Source: Somniosus microcephalus
Lineage: Eukaryota
DNA length: 64,000 nucleotides
Direction: 5' to 3'
Assembly (NCBI GenBank): GCA_052327205.1
Contig: CM126220.1
Span: 29,450,001 to 29,514,000 of the forward strand
Shown here: in pieces, positions 26,693 through 40,552 of the stretch
Numbering within the stretch: position 1 is the first letter of the stretch
How the letters are laid out: each line of letters starts with the position of its first letter
Position numbers and translations under genes: made by a program
Notes under the pieces: model-generated
What the model saw: the letters and a program-made list of their open reading frames with translations, nothing else
Databases searched by the model: none
What the model was told of the DNA's origin: nothing

Positions 26693-27034
26693 CTGTTTCT
26701 CTCTCCACAGATGTTGCCTGGCCTGCTGAGTTTTTCCAGTGTTTTCTGATATTAGGGAAAGCCACTGAAGCAGACAGTATAAATGAGTCCAAGAAACAAT
26801 TTAGATAGATTCTGGAGAGATAAGTCTTCTAAAGAAAGAAAAAACTTGCATTTATATAGCGTCTTTCACAACCTCAAGGACGCCCCAAAGCCCTTCACAG
26901 GCAATGAAGTATTTTGAAGTGTAGTCACTGTTGCAATGTAGAGCAACATTGAGAAACTTGTGAGAAGGTGAGTTATCTAAAGGGAACGGGATCATTATTG
27001 GTCTTAAAAACCTTCTCATGTTTCTAAAATGTCT

Positions 27035-27803
27035 TGGCCCGAGATGGGGCAGTAATTCCTCCCCAAACGCATGAGTACGGAAGGGGTACTCACGCGTCTG
27101 GCCGGAGGAAATGCCGGTTTTCAGCATGCACAGCGCATGTGCTGAAAACCGGCATTTCCTCTCCTCTAACCCAAGAGGTGAAGAGGCTAGCGCGTGCGCT
27201 GTTGGGGGCAGCGCGTGCGTCTTGGATTTCCTCGGTTTTGGGGGATTTGCGCATGTGTAAAGGCCTCCGGTCTTTACGCTTGTAAAAAGCACACGTAAGT
27301 ATTTATTTTTATAGGTAAGTGGTTTAGTGTAATTTAGAATTTTTTTTTCCACAGGTTTATTATTTTAAAGAATCTACAATAAGGTAAGTTTAGTTTTAGA
27401 CCCTTTTTATTAAAAAATTATTTTTTTCAAAAAAAAAATTGTTTAAATTATTTTTTAAACTTATTTATACTTAATTTAATGATTGGGCTGTTTTTTAAAT
27501 TTTTATTTAAAGTTTAAATAGTGTTTTGGGCCCCCGTAGTTTTCATGAGTTTGACGGTTCTTACTCTCAAACTCATGAATGAACCTTCCCCTCCCCTGAT
27601 TGGTTGTACAGTGCTCATCTGATCCCAGCCGGCACATCGCACTAACTACGCCGCTGGATCAGGCAAGCACTGCGCGCTGACGTCTGAACCGGGCCTGTCA
27701 CAGGAAATGCAAGCAGGCCCGGGCTTCAGATGTCAGCGCGCAGGGTGAGTGCAGATTGGGGGCTTGCACGCGCGGCAAGCCCCCGACACCAAGTTCTGGG
27801 CCA
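27035..27803. mobile_element. Harbinger-like MITE with AT-rich core
   Basis: tggccc...gggcca termini with TCT...TCT duplication. Confidence 0.6.
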
Positions 27804-28247
27804 TCTAAAGTAATGCTCAATAATAATAATGTTCATGCTGACAGGTAATTTTTTGATGTGATCATTCTGGCGGCCTTAGTAGTTAAAGTAGGCTGGAATA
27901 GTCGGGGATGGCATCCAGCCCTTGAGAACTTTACTTGACTTTCTTCTGTCTGAGTCCCCAGTGCACTGCTTCTGTGCCCAACTGCATTCTAACCCCCCCC
28001 CCCACCAGCCTTGATTCTGCTTCTTTCAACATGTTTTTCATCAATAAATGTCATGCCTAGGCCGGACCCCCCTGTCCAAATATCCTTGCCTGTCTGGTCC
28101 ATTTAAACCCTAGATACCCTCTCTTAATGCATTCCATTTGAACCACCGCGTACACGCAGCTTCCTCTCCCCCCTCCCTTCCTCATCGTTCAATATTGATG
28201 ATTTGAAACTCAGCAGAGTGGTACTTGTCAGGCATTGACTAATGCAT

Positions 28248-28930
28248 TAGCAAAATACTGCGGATGCTGGAAATCTGAAATAACAACAGAAAATGCTGGA
28301 AGCACTCAGCAGGCCAGGCAGCATCTGTGGAGAGAGAAACAGAGTTAACGTTTCAGGTCTGGGACCCTTCATCAGAACTGGAAAAGGCTGGAGATGTAAC
28401 AGATATTAAGCAGGTGCCGAGGAAGGGGGAGGGGAGGGGAAGAAGGAACAATCTGTGCTAGGGTTGGAGGCAGGAGAGATTAAATGTTGCAAATGGGGAT
28501 GGCAGAATCATAAACAGCCTGAAAAATTGGAGCAGGGGTTATAGTCTGAAATTGTTGAACTCAGTGTTGAGTCCGGAAGGCTGTAAAGTGCCTAATCGAA
28601 AGATGAGGTGCTGTTCCTCGAGCTTACGCTGAGCTACATTGGAACAATGCAAGAGGCCGAGGACAGAGAGATCAGAGTGGGAGTGAAGCGGAGAATTAAA
28701 GTGACAGGCGACCGGAAGCTCGGGGTCATCCTTACGGACTGAATGGAGGTGTTCCGCAAAGTGGTCGCCCAATCTGCGTTTGGTCTCCCCAATGTCGAGG
28801 AGACCGCATCGTGAGCAGCGAATACAGTAAACTAAACTGCAAGAAGTACAAGTAAATCGCTGTTTCACCTGGAAGGGGTGTTTGGGGCCCTGGACAGTGG
28901 GAAGGGAGGAGGTAAAAGGGCAGGTGTTTT
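28248..28930 (-). mobile_element. Penelope-like element 3' fragment (GIY-YIG domain and 3' end)
   Basis: ORF 28539-28868 VYCIRCSRCGLLDIGETKRRLGDHFAEH...GLN; 3' tail with hammerhead. Confidence 0.88.
28343..28379 (-). ncRNA. Minimal hammerhead ribozyme motif (canonical core)
   Basis: agtt-CTGATGA-a-gggtc cca gacct-GAAA-cgt-t-aact. Confidence 0.7.
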
Positions 28931-29104
28931 CATGAAATTCCTTTGTTCCTTATTTTTATGAAGTTGTTGACATAACAAGTACCGAACAGCTAAATTTCAC
29001 GAGAACTTATTAACCAGTGTGTTACAAATATCACACAGCCAAATTTCAACCTAAAGGAATCTTGATGCTGAATGAAGTTTCCTCTCCTTTTTCCTCACAC
29101 TCAT

Positions 29105-29490
29105 CATGAAACATACAAAATTCTTACAGGGCTTGACAGGGTAGATGCAGGGAGGATGTTTCCCCCTGGCTGGGGAGTCTAGAACCAGGAGCCACAGTCT
29201 CAGAATAAGGGGTCGGCCATTTAGGACTGAGATGAGGAGAAATGTTTTCGCTCGGAGGGTGGTGAATCTTTGGAATTCTCTACCCCAGAGGTCTGTGGAG
29301 GCTTTGTCGTTGAGTATATTCAAGACAGAGATCAATAGATTTTTTGAATATTAAGGGAATCAAGGAATATGGGGATAGTGCAGGAAAGTGGAGATGAGGT
29401 AGAAGATCAGCCATGGTCTCATTGAATGGCGGAGCAGGCTCGAGGGGCCAAATGGCCGACTCCTGCTCCTATTTTTTATGTTCTTATGCC
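29105..29490 (+). mobile_element. CR1 LINE 3' end
   Basis: GESRTRSHSLRIRGRPFRTEMRRN..RVVNLWNSLP peptide and tail. Confidence 0.88.
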
Positions 29491-30270
29491 ATGCTCCAAA
29501 TTACTCCAATAGTAAGGAATGGTAAGTTTTCCTCAAGAGGTGCTGTTTCAAGTTATTGCCATCCACAGGGATATTTGCAGGAGTACCACGCTGTAGTTGT
29601 TATATATTGTCATCCTTCTTTCAAACAAAGTAAGAAGTTGACATATTTCACTAAAAAGTTTAGATGTGTATCAATAGAGGAAAAGAGCAGATAGTCCTGA
29701 ATTATCTCCTTTTAAATCCATTGATCTGTACGTTGCAGTCCTGTGATGTCCTATAAATTATCTGTCCACTGCACTGTATCACTATTACCAGTGGAAAATG
29801 AGCTGAAAACAGAAGTACACTGGCTTTGAACTGGAATCTCCAGCCCTCATTGAGTAAAGGACCAAGAGCCCAGAGAGAGGAGATGCAGCGAATTGAGGAC
29901 CTCAGACCCTGGCCAGTGCCAAATTTGTCTCAACTCACTCCTGTGTGCACTAAAATAAACTAATTGAAACATTCCTTTCGGCCAGTGTCCATGTTTGGGG
30001 CACTAACAATATTGCATCAGAAGTGGCAAGTCAATCTCTGCCACATGGTGAGGAGAAGGTGCTTCCCAACAGGGGCACTGAATAAATGAGTTCATCCCTA
30101 GAGGCAGTTACCATCTGATCACAGAGCAGCATTGGAGCAGGTCACTCATCCACGTTGTGAGATAAAGAGCATATGATGTGGAACAAGGGGCATCTAAAGA
30201 GAGATGAAAGAGAGAAAAACTGCTAGATTGTGGCCCAAGCTAACACTTCTTTTTGCAAACTGTTGTCCAG

Positions 30271-30378
30271 GCTTTGATCTGTGTGAGGTGGGCCAAGAGG
30301 AAGTGGTGTTGAAGACGGGGAAGCAAGCGAACAGAAAGACCATGCACTTTGCCCTCCAGTCTCTCCTTGCTTTGTTTG
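30271..30378 (+). CDS. TTC28: TTC28 coding exon (FDLCEVGQEEVVLKTGKQANRKTMHFALQSLLALF-D)
   Basis: ccag|GC acceptor, G|gtgagt donor, 108 nt (phase 1 to 1). Confidence 0.93.
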
Positions 30379-31610
30379 GTGAGTTCTGAAGCACGCTGTT
30401 ACAACTGAATCGCGATGCATGAAAAGCAGATGCCAAGAACTGTTAAGTATCAATCTATAATCAATACCGGGCAAGCCAACTAAAACTGAGATGAATGGAT
30501 TCTTTAGCGGTCACTGCTGTCTGAGCAGCAGCTGCCAATAAAAGCTGAGTTTCGTTTTACAAACATTTCAAAATTGGTTCCTCTGTTGCCAGGAGGAGCA
30601 GGACTGCTCTCCTGATTCCACAGTATCCCAATCGCCCTCTTCCCCCATTGCTGCTGCAACCCTTACATGGGTCTTGCCTGACATTGAGCTTCTTAAAATA
30701 GGCGAGCTGCCTATGGAGGCACAGCAGGCTCGTCCAAATAACATTAAGACCAAAACCCCAATTTTGTGTGGAGCGTGCACTGTGTGCAAGTATCCCATTT
30801 CAGCCCCAAAACGGGCCTAAAGGAATTTCAGCCTGTATAATTGCAAAATAAATTGACATGTCCGAAAGGGAAATAGATACTTACTTGGGAAGTAAGTGTG
30901 TTAAAGTATATATGGAGAAACGGCAGGCAATTGGGATTCAGAAGGTAAAGAGCTACCATGACCAATAACATGAAAGAGCCGGATCAATGGGCCAAATGGT
31001 CTGTCTATTCATACTCCAATATTCCTAAACAGCAGCACACAAAAGCTTCCAACAACTTCTGGCTCCTGTACAAAACCCACAAGCTCTCACGTTTAGAATC
31101 ATTAATAGGTGCTTTAAAAGGATCAGCTTGGCTCAGTTGGTGACATTCCTGACTCTTGAGTCAGATGGTTGTGGGTTCAAGCCTCACTCCCATTTGTGAG
31201 CACGTAATCTGTGCTGGCAAACAAGTGCAATACTGACGGAGTGCTGCACTGTCAGAGGCACTGCCTTTTGAATGAAATTTAAATAAGGCTCTCAGCACTT
31301 GCTTCAGTGTTCAGATGGACATTAAAAATCCTCGAGGAAGAATTGCTTTGTGAGTAATTTGCAGCAAAACTGTAAATGTGTTCTTTTGAATGCCTTAACA
31401 GTGTTGCTACACATTGCAACCAGAGAAAGTTCTTCCGCCCTCATGGCACTATTCAAAGAACAGGAAGTTCTCCTTGTGTCCTGGCCAACATTTCTCCCTC
31501 AATCAACACCATCAAAAACTTATTATCTGGTCATTGATCGCGTTACTGGTTTGGCATCCTTCCATGCACAAAATGGCTGCCATCTTTGCCTATATATCAA
31601 CAGTCACTAT

Positions 31611-32417
31611 GGGCACAATCTTGCCAGCCCTGGGGAGGCGGGACTGCCAGGAAAATGGCAGAATCTGGAGGCAGGTGCCCAACCTGCCTGCCTCCGTGCC
31701 ATCTTGCCAGGAGGCGGGTAGCCGACCCGCGCCAGGTCCCGTCTCCTTGGAGGCGGGAAGGGGATTAATGCCACTTATCTGCCTGTTGAAAGGTAGTTAA
31801 CAGGCAGATAAAAGAATTATCCCCATTTTACCCACACAAGTGCGGGTTTCCCGAAGGCTGCGAACCCCGCCAGGGTCACCGAGGTGAGTAGTGGGTCTGC
31901 GGGGGTCGGAGGGTTGCAAAAGTGCGCTGTGAAGGTACGTGATGGGTGCAAGTGTGGAGAGGTAATATGTGAGGTGAGTGGAAAGTGTTAGTAAAAGTTT
32001 ACTTACCTTTGTTTCTTCCTGCAGGCTTCAAGAGTTGGGGATGAGGAGAGTCTCACACCTCCGCAGCAGAGATGACAGATGGCCGTTGCATTCTCCAGTG
32101 CAGCAACCATCTAATTTCTGCTAAAGAAAGAGGTTTGATGAGGTCTTGAATTCAAGAACTCATCAAACTACATAGAATGTCAGTGTTTGACAGCTTCACA
32201 AATGATGACAATTCATCTGTCAAAAATTTTTGACAGATGAAACGTCATACGCTGACGTTTTCTGCAACCAGCTTTCCCTTAATTGGCCTGCTAAGCCTGC
32301 TGGGCGGTCAATCAAGGGAAAATAGCGTGGGTTGGCCACAACTCGATGGAGGCGGGACTAAAACCCGACAAGTGGGAGTCCCGCCTCCAGAAGCTCCCCA
32401 TTGGCAAGATCCAGCCC
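31611..32417. mobile_element. Harbinger-type non-autonomous element (family A, copy 2) nested in a Deu-type SINE (~31120-32470)
   Basis: gggcacaatcttgcc / ggcaagatccagccc TIRs, TAT...TAT duplication; SINE sequence resumes after it. Confidence 0.72.
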
Positions 32418-34194
32418 TATATTTAAAATAATTCATTGTACCCTTTGAGATGTTTCTTCGTTATAAGTTAACTATAACCTACCGCTCTCAACGGCTCAGC
32501 GTGTAAATGTACTTTGTGCTGTGGTCCTAAGTCCTGCATACCAGAGGACTCATGCAATATTCCTGATCTGCACGGAGGTATCTGACCTCCGCCACGGTTC
32601 CTGCTCCTGATTATCATCCAATGATCCCTGTTGAAAAGTGCATGTATGGACAGGTTCGGGCTTGGCTGTGACACCTTCCATAGTCCGGCAAGCTGCTGGC
32701 ACACACTGTCTAGGCTTACACTTGAAGAATTGACACTGAAGTGGGATTTTGGTGGGTGGCTGCTCCTTGTAGTACTGCAACCCAACAAAGAGTCAGCAGC
32801 TTCAAGAGAGGAGGGCAGCAAGTTGAAAACTTGAATTAATGTTGCTCCACCTCTTGCTCTCAAATTAAATGCTTCTTATTCAATTAACTTAGATCGGCTG
32901 ATGAGGGTTATTGAGGGCATTTAGTAAGATTATCTATTTGGGTTGCAAAAGAAGCCTTGAATTAATGGTGTCAGAAAGTTTAAAAAAAAATCATGATTCA
33001 TAATTTAAATTATTTTTTTGTTTAAGTGTCACTTGACCTTTTAACGGAGATTATCTTGCAGAAGCAGTATTAGTTTTAATGGAATTACACTCAGCAAAAA
33101 TGATTCATAATAGTAATCTCCGGAAGACTATGCATGCATGGAAGGATCTTATTTATTTATTTTATATAATTATTTATAATCTGATTTCTGTAAGCAACAG
33201 AAATAGGGTGAGGAGTGGGATACATCATCTATGATATGAACTGCAGGTTTGTATTGGGTACAGTTCATTCAGTTCTATAACAGATGAGTAACCAGCCCCC
33301 AAATAAATTAAATAAGAAGGTGTCTGCATAATTAGATGGGTCGACATTGCGTATTCAGGATTATATTTGAAGTGTGTTCTTGAGTATCCAGCAGAAATTT
33401 TATAATTTATTTTGTCATGTTGTTTATTAATGTGCGTGACTGCTCCTGATGCCTGCAATAGATTGTTCATCTGCTTTATTTTGATGTAAATTTTTTATTT
33501 TTTTATTTTTTTTGTTTTTTCATTTATTTTCTCCTGATTTCTTGGCATTCCCTCCCTCTCACCCAGGGTGCCAGGAGATTGAGTGACCTACCCCAGGGTC
33601 TATCTCTGCCAGAGGCACAGTAAAGCAGCGGTCAGTCGGTGTGCACCTGCTGCTAAGGTGACAAAGTCTGAGTGAGGGACACCGCCGACCAATTCTTTTC
33701 CCCTTTTTCTGGAAGCGCTTTGCCATTTTTCAGCCTGTATTCTGATGGTCCTTTTCAGATTAAGCATTTAGTATGAGACACAAGCTGGTCGGGCCAAATA
33801 AACATTTTCTTGGGAGGGGTGGGGGGAAATTTCCTATCCTCCATTGAGAACGCTTCAGAATATTTTAAACACTATATGGAATGCGAGTTTATATAGACAG
33901 AATGGTAGAATACATCTCCGCAGAAGCTAAAGCTTTATAATGCACTGGTCAGACCACTCTTTGGGTCCAATTTTATGCCCCCCAATAAAACCTGTGCTGG
34001 GAATGGCTGGCTGCCAGGAAGAAGTTAGCCCGCAGCGCTGCAAGTAATTCTGCAGGGTCAGAGCATTTTGAATAACTAGCATAAGCTCCCAGAACAGCTT
34101 CTGGGACACCCAGCAGTTTGTACAATTGTTCTGTCCTCGCAAGCTGTTGCTGATGGTCAGTGACATGCGATGATACTGTTCGCCCAGCTGAAAC

Positions 34195-34500
34195 AGCAAC
34201 AACTTGCATTTATATGGTGCCTTTAAAGTCGAAAAATGTCCCAAGTGCTTCACAGAGGTGTGAGGAAAACAGTGGCTGCTGAGCCAGAGAAGGAGATGTT
34301 TTGAAGAGGTGGCCAAAAGCATGGTCAAAGGACTGAGTTTCAAGGAGGGTCTTAAAGGAGGAGACAGAGGTGGAGAGGCAGAGAGGTTTAGGAAGGGAAT
34401 TCCAAAGTGGGGGGCCTAGACGGCTGAAGGCGCTTCTGCCAATGGTGGGGCTATGGGAGGGGCGATACACAAGAGGACAGAGTCGGAGGAATGGAGATAT
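34195..34500 (-). mobile_element. L2 LINE 3' end
   Basis: GRSAFSRLGPPLWNSLP...SFKTLL peptide and tatataaatgcaagttgttg tail. Confidence 0.8.
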
Positions 34501-34559
34501 TTGCAAATGTGTGTTCCCATGAATTGATGAATAATTCACAATGTTTCACTCTATTCCAG

Positions 34560-36223
34560 ATTCCACCGAACTGCCTAAACGACTCAGTCTCGATAGCTCC
34601 TCGTCGCTGGAATCTCTCTCCTCCTCTCAGTCTGTTTCCAATCCGACGGGACAGCTAAATCCACCATTTTCTCCCACTTACGGAGATTCAATGGCTTCAG
34701 ATGCCATCTCTGTGTACAGCCTCAGTTCCATCGCCTCCTCCATGAGCTTTGCTTCCAAGACAGACATCACTGGTGAAGGAATGCTCCAAAGGGGGCGACA
34801 GGACTACGAGAGGCCAAAGAACATTTACCCGCACAAGGCCGCCATGTTGCGAAGTAGATCTTCTCCACAGACAAGCAACACAAGCAGAGACGACGAAGAG
34901 TACGATGGATTCTCCATTATTAGCAGTGAGCCATTAAGTGTCTACTCTGACACCCTCAGGGTGTCTGCCTCACCAGACAAAGAGAGGACTACAGAACCAG
35001 TAGAACACAGCCATAACCTTGGAGACAAGCACACCTTCAAAGGTAATGCCAGTGCTTCCAGTTCTCCAGCTAAAATAACCCTCATTCCAAGTCCAAACTC
35101 GCCGTTTCAGAAGGTGGAATCCAGAAATAAACTTCCGAGTTCGGACACCGGAGAATCCGATCAGTCCAGTACGGAGACAGATAGCACGGTTAAATCACAA
35201 GAGGAGAAAGTGACCAAACTCAATCCTCAGGAGCTGGCACAGAAGATTTTGGAGGAGACTCAAAGCCACTTGCTTGCTGTTGAACGACTGTATCAAAGTA
35301 GTGGACCAGTTAGCAAAACAGGTTCTGCTGATGTTGATCATGGCATAACAGGGCATCATGGCTCTTCAGTTTTTAAATCTTCAGATACAAGTGCATTCAG
35401 TAGACCATTGAATGGCACTGGGCAGAAAAAGCAGTCTTCGCCAATAACCACAAAACCAAAGCCTCCAACACGAAGCTCATCACTTCAGAAGGTGAACTCA
35501 GGAAACAACACGCCTACTAGTGATATTACTGAGGTAGGTCAATCAGCGGGAGACTGCTATTCTAAAGGGGGCGATAGTAGACAAACCACAGCACCATCTT
35601 CACCCGTTGCGGATTTACGTCAATCTCCTGGCTCCTCAACTGATCAATCGCCAATCAAGATCAAATATCCCAGCTCCCCTTACAGTGCTCACATTTCCCG
35701 GTCTCCAAGCTCAGGCCACCAGTCTCCAGCTGGGAGTAACCCTTCTCCTGCCCTCTCCTACTCATCGGCAGGCTCGGCGCGCTCGAGCCCAGCTGACATC
35801 CCGGACCTGAGCAGATTGAAAATGACGGCCATTGACGAGAAAGTCAAGGCCGTCCACAATCTCAAAACTTTTTGGACGAGTGCTACGCAGCCTTCGTCCA
35901 GGCCTGTGCGGGCTCTGCGATCTAACCCTGCACTGGTGGCTTCCAAAGCTGATGCTCTAAGTTATTTGAATCTTTCACCAGCAAGGCGCAGCAAGAAGGA
36001 AGGAAAGGAGGATAAATTTGAGCTTAAGGAATTTTCCAAGCTTCCACACACAGACAAGAAAACCCAGAACGGACGTGGCGGTTGCCAGGAGACCAGTAAG
36101 CCATCAGAAACAACGCAGCCACCAAGTAGCATTCAAAGAGAGGCGCGTCCATTGAGATTCCCATCTGGGAATGGCTATAAATTCCTGTCTCCTAGAAAAT
36201 TCTTTCCCACCTCAAAGTGCTGA
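34560..36223 (+). CDS. TTC28: TTC28 terminal coding exon, Ser/Pro-rich low-complexity C-terminus
   Basis: ccag|AT acceptor; long open frame DSTELPKRLSLDSSSSLESL...GNGYKFLSPRKFFPTSKC-stop, as in TTC28. Confidence 0.95.
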
Positions 36224-37517
36224 AACGACCCAACCAGTCAGGCGCCAGATTTTTTTCATTGCCACATGACCTTGTGGAACTAGCATGTACAAGCCAATTG
36301 TGTCGGACATGCACCATTTGTAAACTGAACTCGTGTGTTGCGTGAACAGTACTAAAAAATTTTATACTGTTAAAGGAAAAAAAAAAGCAAAAAAAACTAC
36401 TGTGTAAAAAAATGTCATATTTTTATTGAATCAAAAAATGGCATTTTGCCTCATTTCTTAGTCATTTAATGGTTGATAACAGTTTATAAACGTCAAAAAT
36501 CACATTGGAATGTCAATCCGCAGTCAGTAGTATTTGTTGGAAAAACAAAATAAACTAGGCTTGTCAGTTTTAGGTTGCACCCAATTTTTATTGAAAGTGA
36601 CCTTTTTTAAAATTAGCGCCGTGTTTGCCAGTTTTTTGGTGCATTTCAGAGGTGCTGATGTTCTTTGTGCTGTCAACTTGCAGCAAGAAGGGTGAACAAG
36701 TGTAATTCCCATTCAGATCCCAGAGCTTCCTCCGAAGGTTTCTAAACACAATCACCAATCACTCTGTGGCTCAGCCAGAGGAGGCACAGGTCAGACTATA
36801 TAAAACAAAATTGGAATAGGTGAAACCCAAATAGGGGAACGTCTCACCGTGCACTTCAGATTACTACTTGTAAAAATTCCTCCACCTATTGGTTATAATA
36901 GCATTCCACTAGCCTCTGCTCTGCCTCTCGACTTTCAACTATTCCTGAATAATTCCATCCACTCCTGCAGATTTCTGTATGCTCAATATCGGGCATTGCA
37001 CAGGCCGCCTTTAACGCACTTCATTGGCTTGGGAGAGGGGTCCTTGTGGTTGTTTTGTTGTCCCAAGTGAATTGATGAGACGTCGGCTACACGAGTATGA
37101 CTGTCAATTGAGACTGGGATTCAAAGCTGTTGGTCAGGAAGGAGTCCAGTGCCCTGGAGGTGGAACTCCTGATCCAGAACTGGGCTGAGATATGAACGAG
37201 GGTCACGAGCCATCCAATTTTGGACCAAATAGTCCATTTTTAAAACCAGAAATACACTTTTATATCTTATGATGTGAAGGCATTAGTGATGAAGGTTTTA
37301 AGTGAATTATTATTAGCAACAAAACAAACCTCGGAATTCCACCCATGGTCCCATTCCCTGCCCTGGCCGACTGCACTCTCTGTCCTTCCACCTGTTTTGG
37401 ACTTGACGTAAAATGGCAAATTTACAACTGTGGTTCTGTAACTCCAGGTTGTCTCAGTAGATAACTACTTGACTGCTTGGAGAAATTGCTGTCAGATTGA
37501 TGGGAAATTTAGCAAAT

Positions 37518-37521
<4 letters not shown>

Positions 37522-37570
<49 letters not shown>
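37522..37570. repeat. (TG)n(AG)n microsatellite
   Basis: About 20 perfect TG units followed by AG units. Confidence 0.97.
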
Positions 37571-37571
<1 letters not shown>

Positions 37572-38094
37572 TTACATTTATCCATATCAGGGAGGGAAGA
37601 AAGGGCAGGGCTACCTAAAACTTTCAAGCCTAAAAATATTAAGAGTGTCTGTTAAATATACGTGTTAATGGTTGTTACATGAAATTCAAGGGAAAGAATA
37701 AGTCATAATATGATTTCTAAAGTAAGCAACAACAACAAAAGAGTGATGGGTGTAGCAGCCAGTGAGTTACTGCTGTGGTAGTTTTCCATGCTGTGGCAGT
37801 TAGTACTGTTTCATTGTGTGTTCAATAATATCATCAGAGCGCAGATGAATCTTGTGTACTGTACACCAGGGGGCAGCATTGCAGTATCTTTGTCAGCTTG
37901 TCCCATCACTCCAGTACCAATCCACTATCACCTGGTGCTTCTCCTGATAAGGATTTAACATCGACTGTGAGATCGATTACTGCAGGTTGTTCCGGTGGCT
38001 TGCAATGTTAATGATATTTTCTCTTTTTTTTCCTCTCGCTTTGATTTTTGTAAAATTTCCATGAGAGACACTCCTCATTTATATTCTATGAAAG

Positions 38095-38785
38095 TTTTAT
38101 ATGCACAACCTCAGTGAACATCCTCAGTGTCCTTTTGACCCTGAGCTGAGTTTCAACCGCCATACTGTATCACTAAGACTGCAACGTTCCACCTCCACAA
38201 TATTGCTTGGCTCTGCCCCAACCGCACGCCCACCACCTCTGAAACTCGCATCCGTGTCTCCAGACTCAATTTCTCCAAAATTCTCATCCGCCTCCTGAGC
38301 TTCACTCTAAACAAACTCAAACTCATCTAAGATTCTGGCACCTATACCCTCTTCCGTACTAAATCCCAGTCACCTATTGCCACCCCACCCCCATCCTTGG
38401 TGACATTCACTGGCTTCTCAACTCCCAATTGCAAAATCCGTGTCTACAAATCCGATAGTGCGTCCCCCCCCCCCCCCAAGCCCTCGGGCACCACACACAC
38501 ATTGCTGTTCTAACAGTGTGCCCTTCCTTCCTCTCCTCCTCCATTGGTGGTCGGAGCTTGAAGCCATTATGCCCTTCACTCTTATTAAACCATTCTGCTT
38601 TGCTGCATCTCTCTCCACCTTTAGAAGACTCCTGAAAATCTACCTCTTTGACCAGGTTATCTCCCTAACTCTGATCCCCAACTCCTCCCTGGTGTCCATT
38701 TTTCTCCCCCCGCCCCCACCTTTTCTGAAGTGCCTTGGGACGTTTCATTACGTTAAAGGCGCGATCTTAAACGTGAATTGTTTCT
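38095..38785 (+). mobile_element. Degraded L2 LINE 3' portion
   Basis: ttgaccctgagctgag, cattcactggcttc, aagactcctgaaaatctacctctttgacca and L2-type tail. Confidence 0.65.
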
Positions 38786-40441
38786 GTTACCTGGATTTTT
38801 AAATGATGAGAATTAACCATAACGGACAGGATTCCTGGTGCAGTTATAGAAGTGTTTTTATATTATTGTATTATATTGCATTGTTGGCACTTCCCAGTAT
38901 TAATCAGCCGAGCTCCCTTTTTCAGCAGCAGCGGAAGCCACTTGTTCATGGGCTTCCAGATCTGCTGTTGAAACTACCTCTTCTGTGGATCCAATTGGTT
39001 TGCAGGAGACCAGCAGTAGGAAGATCATTTGGGCATTACTGTCCCAGGGCCCGGACTGCACTGAACCAGAATGGAAAAGCATCTTTTGTCTTTTCTGTTT
39101 GAAGATCATAAACAGTACGAGAGGGTTGTACTGTATATGGAATCCCACCTCCTGTTTCCCCCTGTCCCTCCACCCATTCATACCAGCACTTCATGTTGTG
39201 CAAATCCCCCAGTTTCTAAGTGCAAGTGCTTTTCCCAGGCTAATTGCTCGGGTACAACACATTGTGTGGACAGAAAACCAATTCTCAGTGTCAGCATGGT
39301 AACTGTCTATTAATCGGGTTTACAGTGTAGAAGCAAAAACTAGAGCAAACATATTAACATTTCAAAACACGCCACACATGAGAAATAGATAATTTTGTCG
39401 GCTGCCTTTAAGTTGCAATGCAGGTTTTCACTTTTGAGTTGGAAGGATGACTGTTGGAAATCGCTGGGGTACCGCACCTTGTTCAGCTCCCATCACCTGC
39501 CCTGAAAATGTTGCTACATTTACCCACTTGATATGCACCCTACTTATTTTCTCAATATGCCGCCTTGCCTCGGAGTGAGAAGATTATGTGTTCAAGGCCA
39601 CTCCGGGACTTAAGCACATACGTTTGGCTCTGAGGGATTGCTGGAGATGCCATCTAAACCGAACCCCTGTCTTGTTCAGGTGGATGTATAAGAGCCTAGG
39701 CAAATCGCCCTGGGGTTCTGACCAACATTTAACCCTCGCTTGTTTGTGGGACCTTGCTGTGCATAAAGTGGCTGCCTCATTTACCTACATAACGACAGTG
39801 ACTTCAAAAGTAATTCATCAGCTGTGTTGGCTGATGCTGTTCCCATCCTTAATCACTTCTCCTTTTGCTTTTTTGTGCGTGTTTAAATAAATAGAGACCT
39901 GTATTTAAACAGAACACAGCATGACTAAGTGTTTTAGTGCAGGCATGAATTGCTTGATGTTTACTCTGTTTTTGTCAGCCCTTTCCCTTTCTCCCTTGTC
40001 TTCAGGGGGCTTTGGCCTGCAAACTCCATGTTCAGCTGGAATGCCTTGACCATGAACACGACTGCCTCTGTGAGTCATGTTTCTGGGATGAATATTCTTG
40101 TTTGTTTCAGACTAGGAGCTTCTATGTACATCCTACATTGCAGAGTATCGGGTGGAGGCTGCGCTGTGCTTTACAATCCGTGGACAGCTGATCAAGTACT
40201 TGGATCGATTGATGCAAGAATTGTCGCTTTTCCAATTCATGGCCTGAACTCATAATCCAATTACATTTATGGAGCCTGGCACAGCAGTCAGAGCTGGCGC
40301 CCCGCATATATTTGGGTAGCCCAAGCCTCCAGCCAGACCCAGAGCCCCTGTACTCGGACAGCTCGGAACTGTAGTGAAATCCAGAGCCCAATGCACTCGG
40401 GGAACCTGTCACTACAGTCAGATGTGTGCACTCCATACACT

Positions 40442-40552
40442 TGCAGTCCGACCTGGAGCACGTGTACTCGGCCCTGCAGTCCGACCTGGAGCACGTGTAC
40501 TCGGCCCTGCAGTCCGACCTGGAGCACGTGTATTCGGCCCTGCAGTCCGACC
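40442..40552. repeat. 33-bp minisatellite (3 copies plus a partial), with degenerate units on either side
   Basis: Unit tgcagtccgacctggagcacgtgtactcggccc; one C>T in copy 3. Confidence 0.95.

Larger units (their letters stand above)
26234..26748. mobile_element. Penelope-derived inverted-repeat insertion with two opposed hammerheads and a 14-bp target duplication
   Basis: ~140-bp arms at 26275-26413 and 26609-26748; atattagggaaagc at 26220-26233 and 26749-26762. Confidence 0.8.

Noticed and set aside
34541-34559. ATG start of the 560-aa ORF as a standalone gene
   Set aside because: MFHSIP is intronic; the frame is entered through the acceptor at 34559/34560 as the TTC28 last exon.
40442-40552. 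Regular ~33-bp repeats resembling a CRISPR array or a coding repeat (LQSDLEHVYSA)n
   Set aside because: Units are contiguous with no unique spacers, there are no cas genes, the context is eukaryotic, and there is no splice support. A 33-nt unit is open in several frames trivially.
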